The notes beneath the pieces were generated by a model. It had not been told where the DNA came from. It did no database searches and worked only from the letters and a program-made list of their open reading frames with translations. Shown here one piece after another: positions 63,672-64,000 of a DNA stretch of 64,000 nucleotides. The translations under genes and the position numbers were made by a program. Position 1 is the first letter of the stretch. The number at the start of each line of letters is the position of its first letter. Source of the DNA: an uncultured Flavobacteriaceae bacterium (lineage in GTDB: Bacteria; Bacteroidota; Bacteroidia; Flavobacteriales; Flavobacteriaceae); contig CAWWAC010000006.1 in the NCBI GenBank assembly GCA_963934855.1, forward strand, positions 3,188-67,187, given 5' to 3'.

Positions 63672-64000
63672 TTACTTATTGGCCCGATATAAAGCAGTGG
63701 CATTTTCCCAATTAACTACATTGAAAAAAGCACTTACATAATCTGGTCTTCTATTTTGGTAATTAAGGTAGTAAGCGTGCTCCCAAACGTCCAATGCTAA
63801 AACAGGGAAACCACCACAACCAATACCTGGCATCAGTGGGTTATCTTGGTTGGCAGTAGAGCAGATTTCTAATTTTCCTCCTTTGTGTACACAAAGCCAC
63901 GCCCATCCAGATCCAAATCTGGTAGCGGCAGCCTTGGAGTAGGCTTCTTTAAAAGCATCAAAAGAGCCAAAAGAAACCTCTATAGCAGCGCCTAGATCTC
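63672..64000 (-). CDS. Fe/Mn superoxide dismutase (C-terminal 109 codons; gene continues beyond window end)
   Basis: Hand translation of the minus strand gives ...[31 protein letters not shown]...[42 protein letters not shown]. It contains the DVWEHAYY signature, with stop TAA at 63672-63674. Confidence 0.93.
   Translation of the reverse strand, partial: DLGAAIEVSFGSFDAFKEAYSKAAATRFGSGWAWLCVHKGGKLEICSTANQDNPLMPGIGCGGFPVLALDVWEHAYYLNYQNRRPDYVSAFFNVVNWENATALYRANK

Noticed and set aside
1-64000. Looked for rRNA, tRNA, CRISPR arrays, transposases, integrases, phage genes and toxin-antitoxin pairs.
   Set aside because: No gap is large enough for rRNA. None of the ~20 intergenic gaps over 80 bp shows a tRNA cloverleaf or a repeat-spacer pattern. 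Every sizeable ORF has a housekeeping, envelope or transport identity. By eye, gene content and composition look uniform, so there is no sign of an island.

Overview
AT-rich segment that reads like core chromosome of a Flavobacteriia (Bacteroidota) bacterium. Clues are exact Bacteroidetes-type TAnnTTTG -7 promoter boxes upstream of many genes, few Shine-Dalgarno sequences, TonB-dependent receptors, a Bat (MoxR/VWA) operon and an IPExxxVDY-family gene. All calls come from reading the ORF translations and the DNA by eye; no searches or computations were run. I support 59 protein-coding genes, two of them cut by the window edges (an M23-like lipoprotein at the start, Fe/Mn superoxide dismutase at the end). 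Most are housekeeping: uvrC, ileS, lspA, recO, gdhA, pabB/pabC-like, gpsA, G3P dehydrogenase, pheS, dinB, pyk, rnc, fabF, acpP, purN, rnhA, purF. I saw no rRNA, tRNA, CRISPR array, transposase, integrase or phage-like genes, so this is not an obvious accessory island, and I found no demonstrably new multi-gene system. The candidates most worth a second look are: (1) a translationally coupled aldo/keto reductase - SDR - AlbA_2/Schlafen-like operon (36726-39503) whose last protein has an uncharacterised ~230-aa C-terminal region; (2) the 8-9 gene MoxR-DUF58-VWA-TPR-BatD-SH3 Bat cluster (39729-49283), especially its unusually large two-pass membrane third gene (41656-43371); (3) three non-coding loci with promoter and terminator signals but no ORF: a ~100-nt sRNA candidate at 1269-1371, a 419-bp leader region upstream of a SulP gene, and a ~300-bp region with tandem 20-bp repeats between purF and sod; (4) a cytochrome c - TonB receptor - DUF4249 cluster and a carbonic anhydrase - SulP pair with a large loop insertion. 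Several ORF-track starts are GTG/TTG over-extensions and were trimmed to ATGs that give sensible N-termini.
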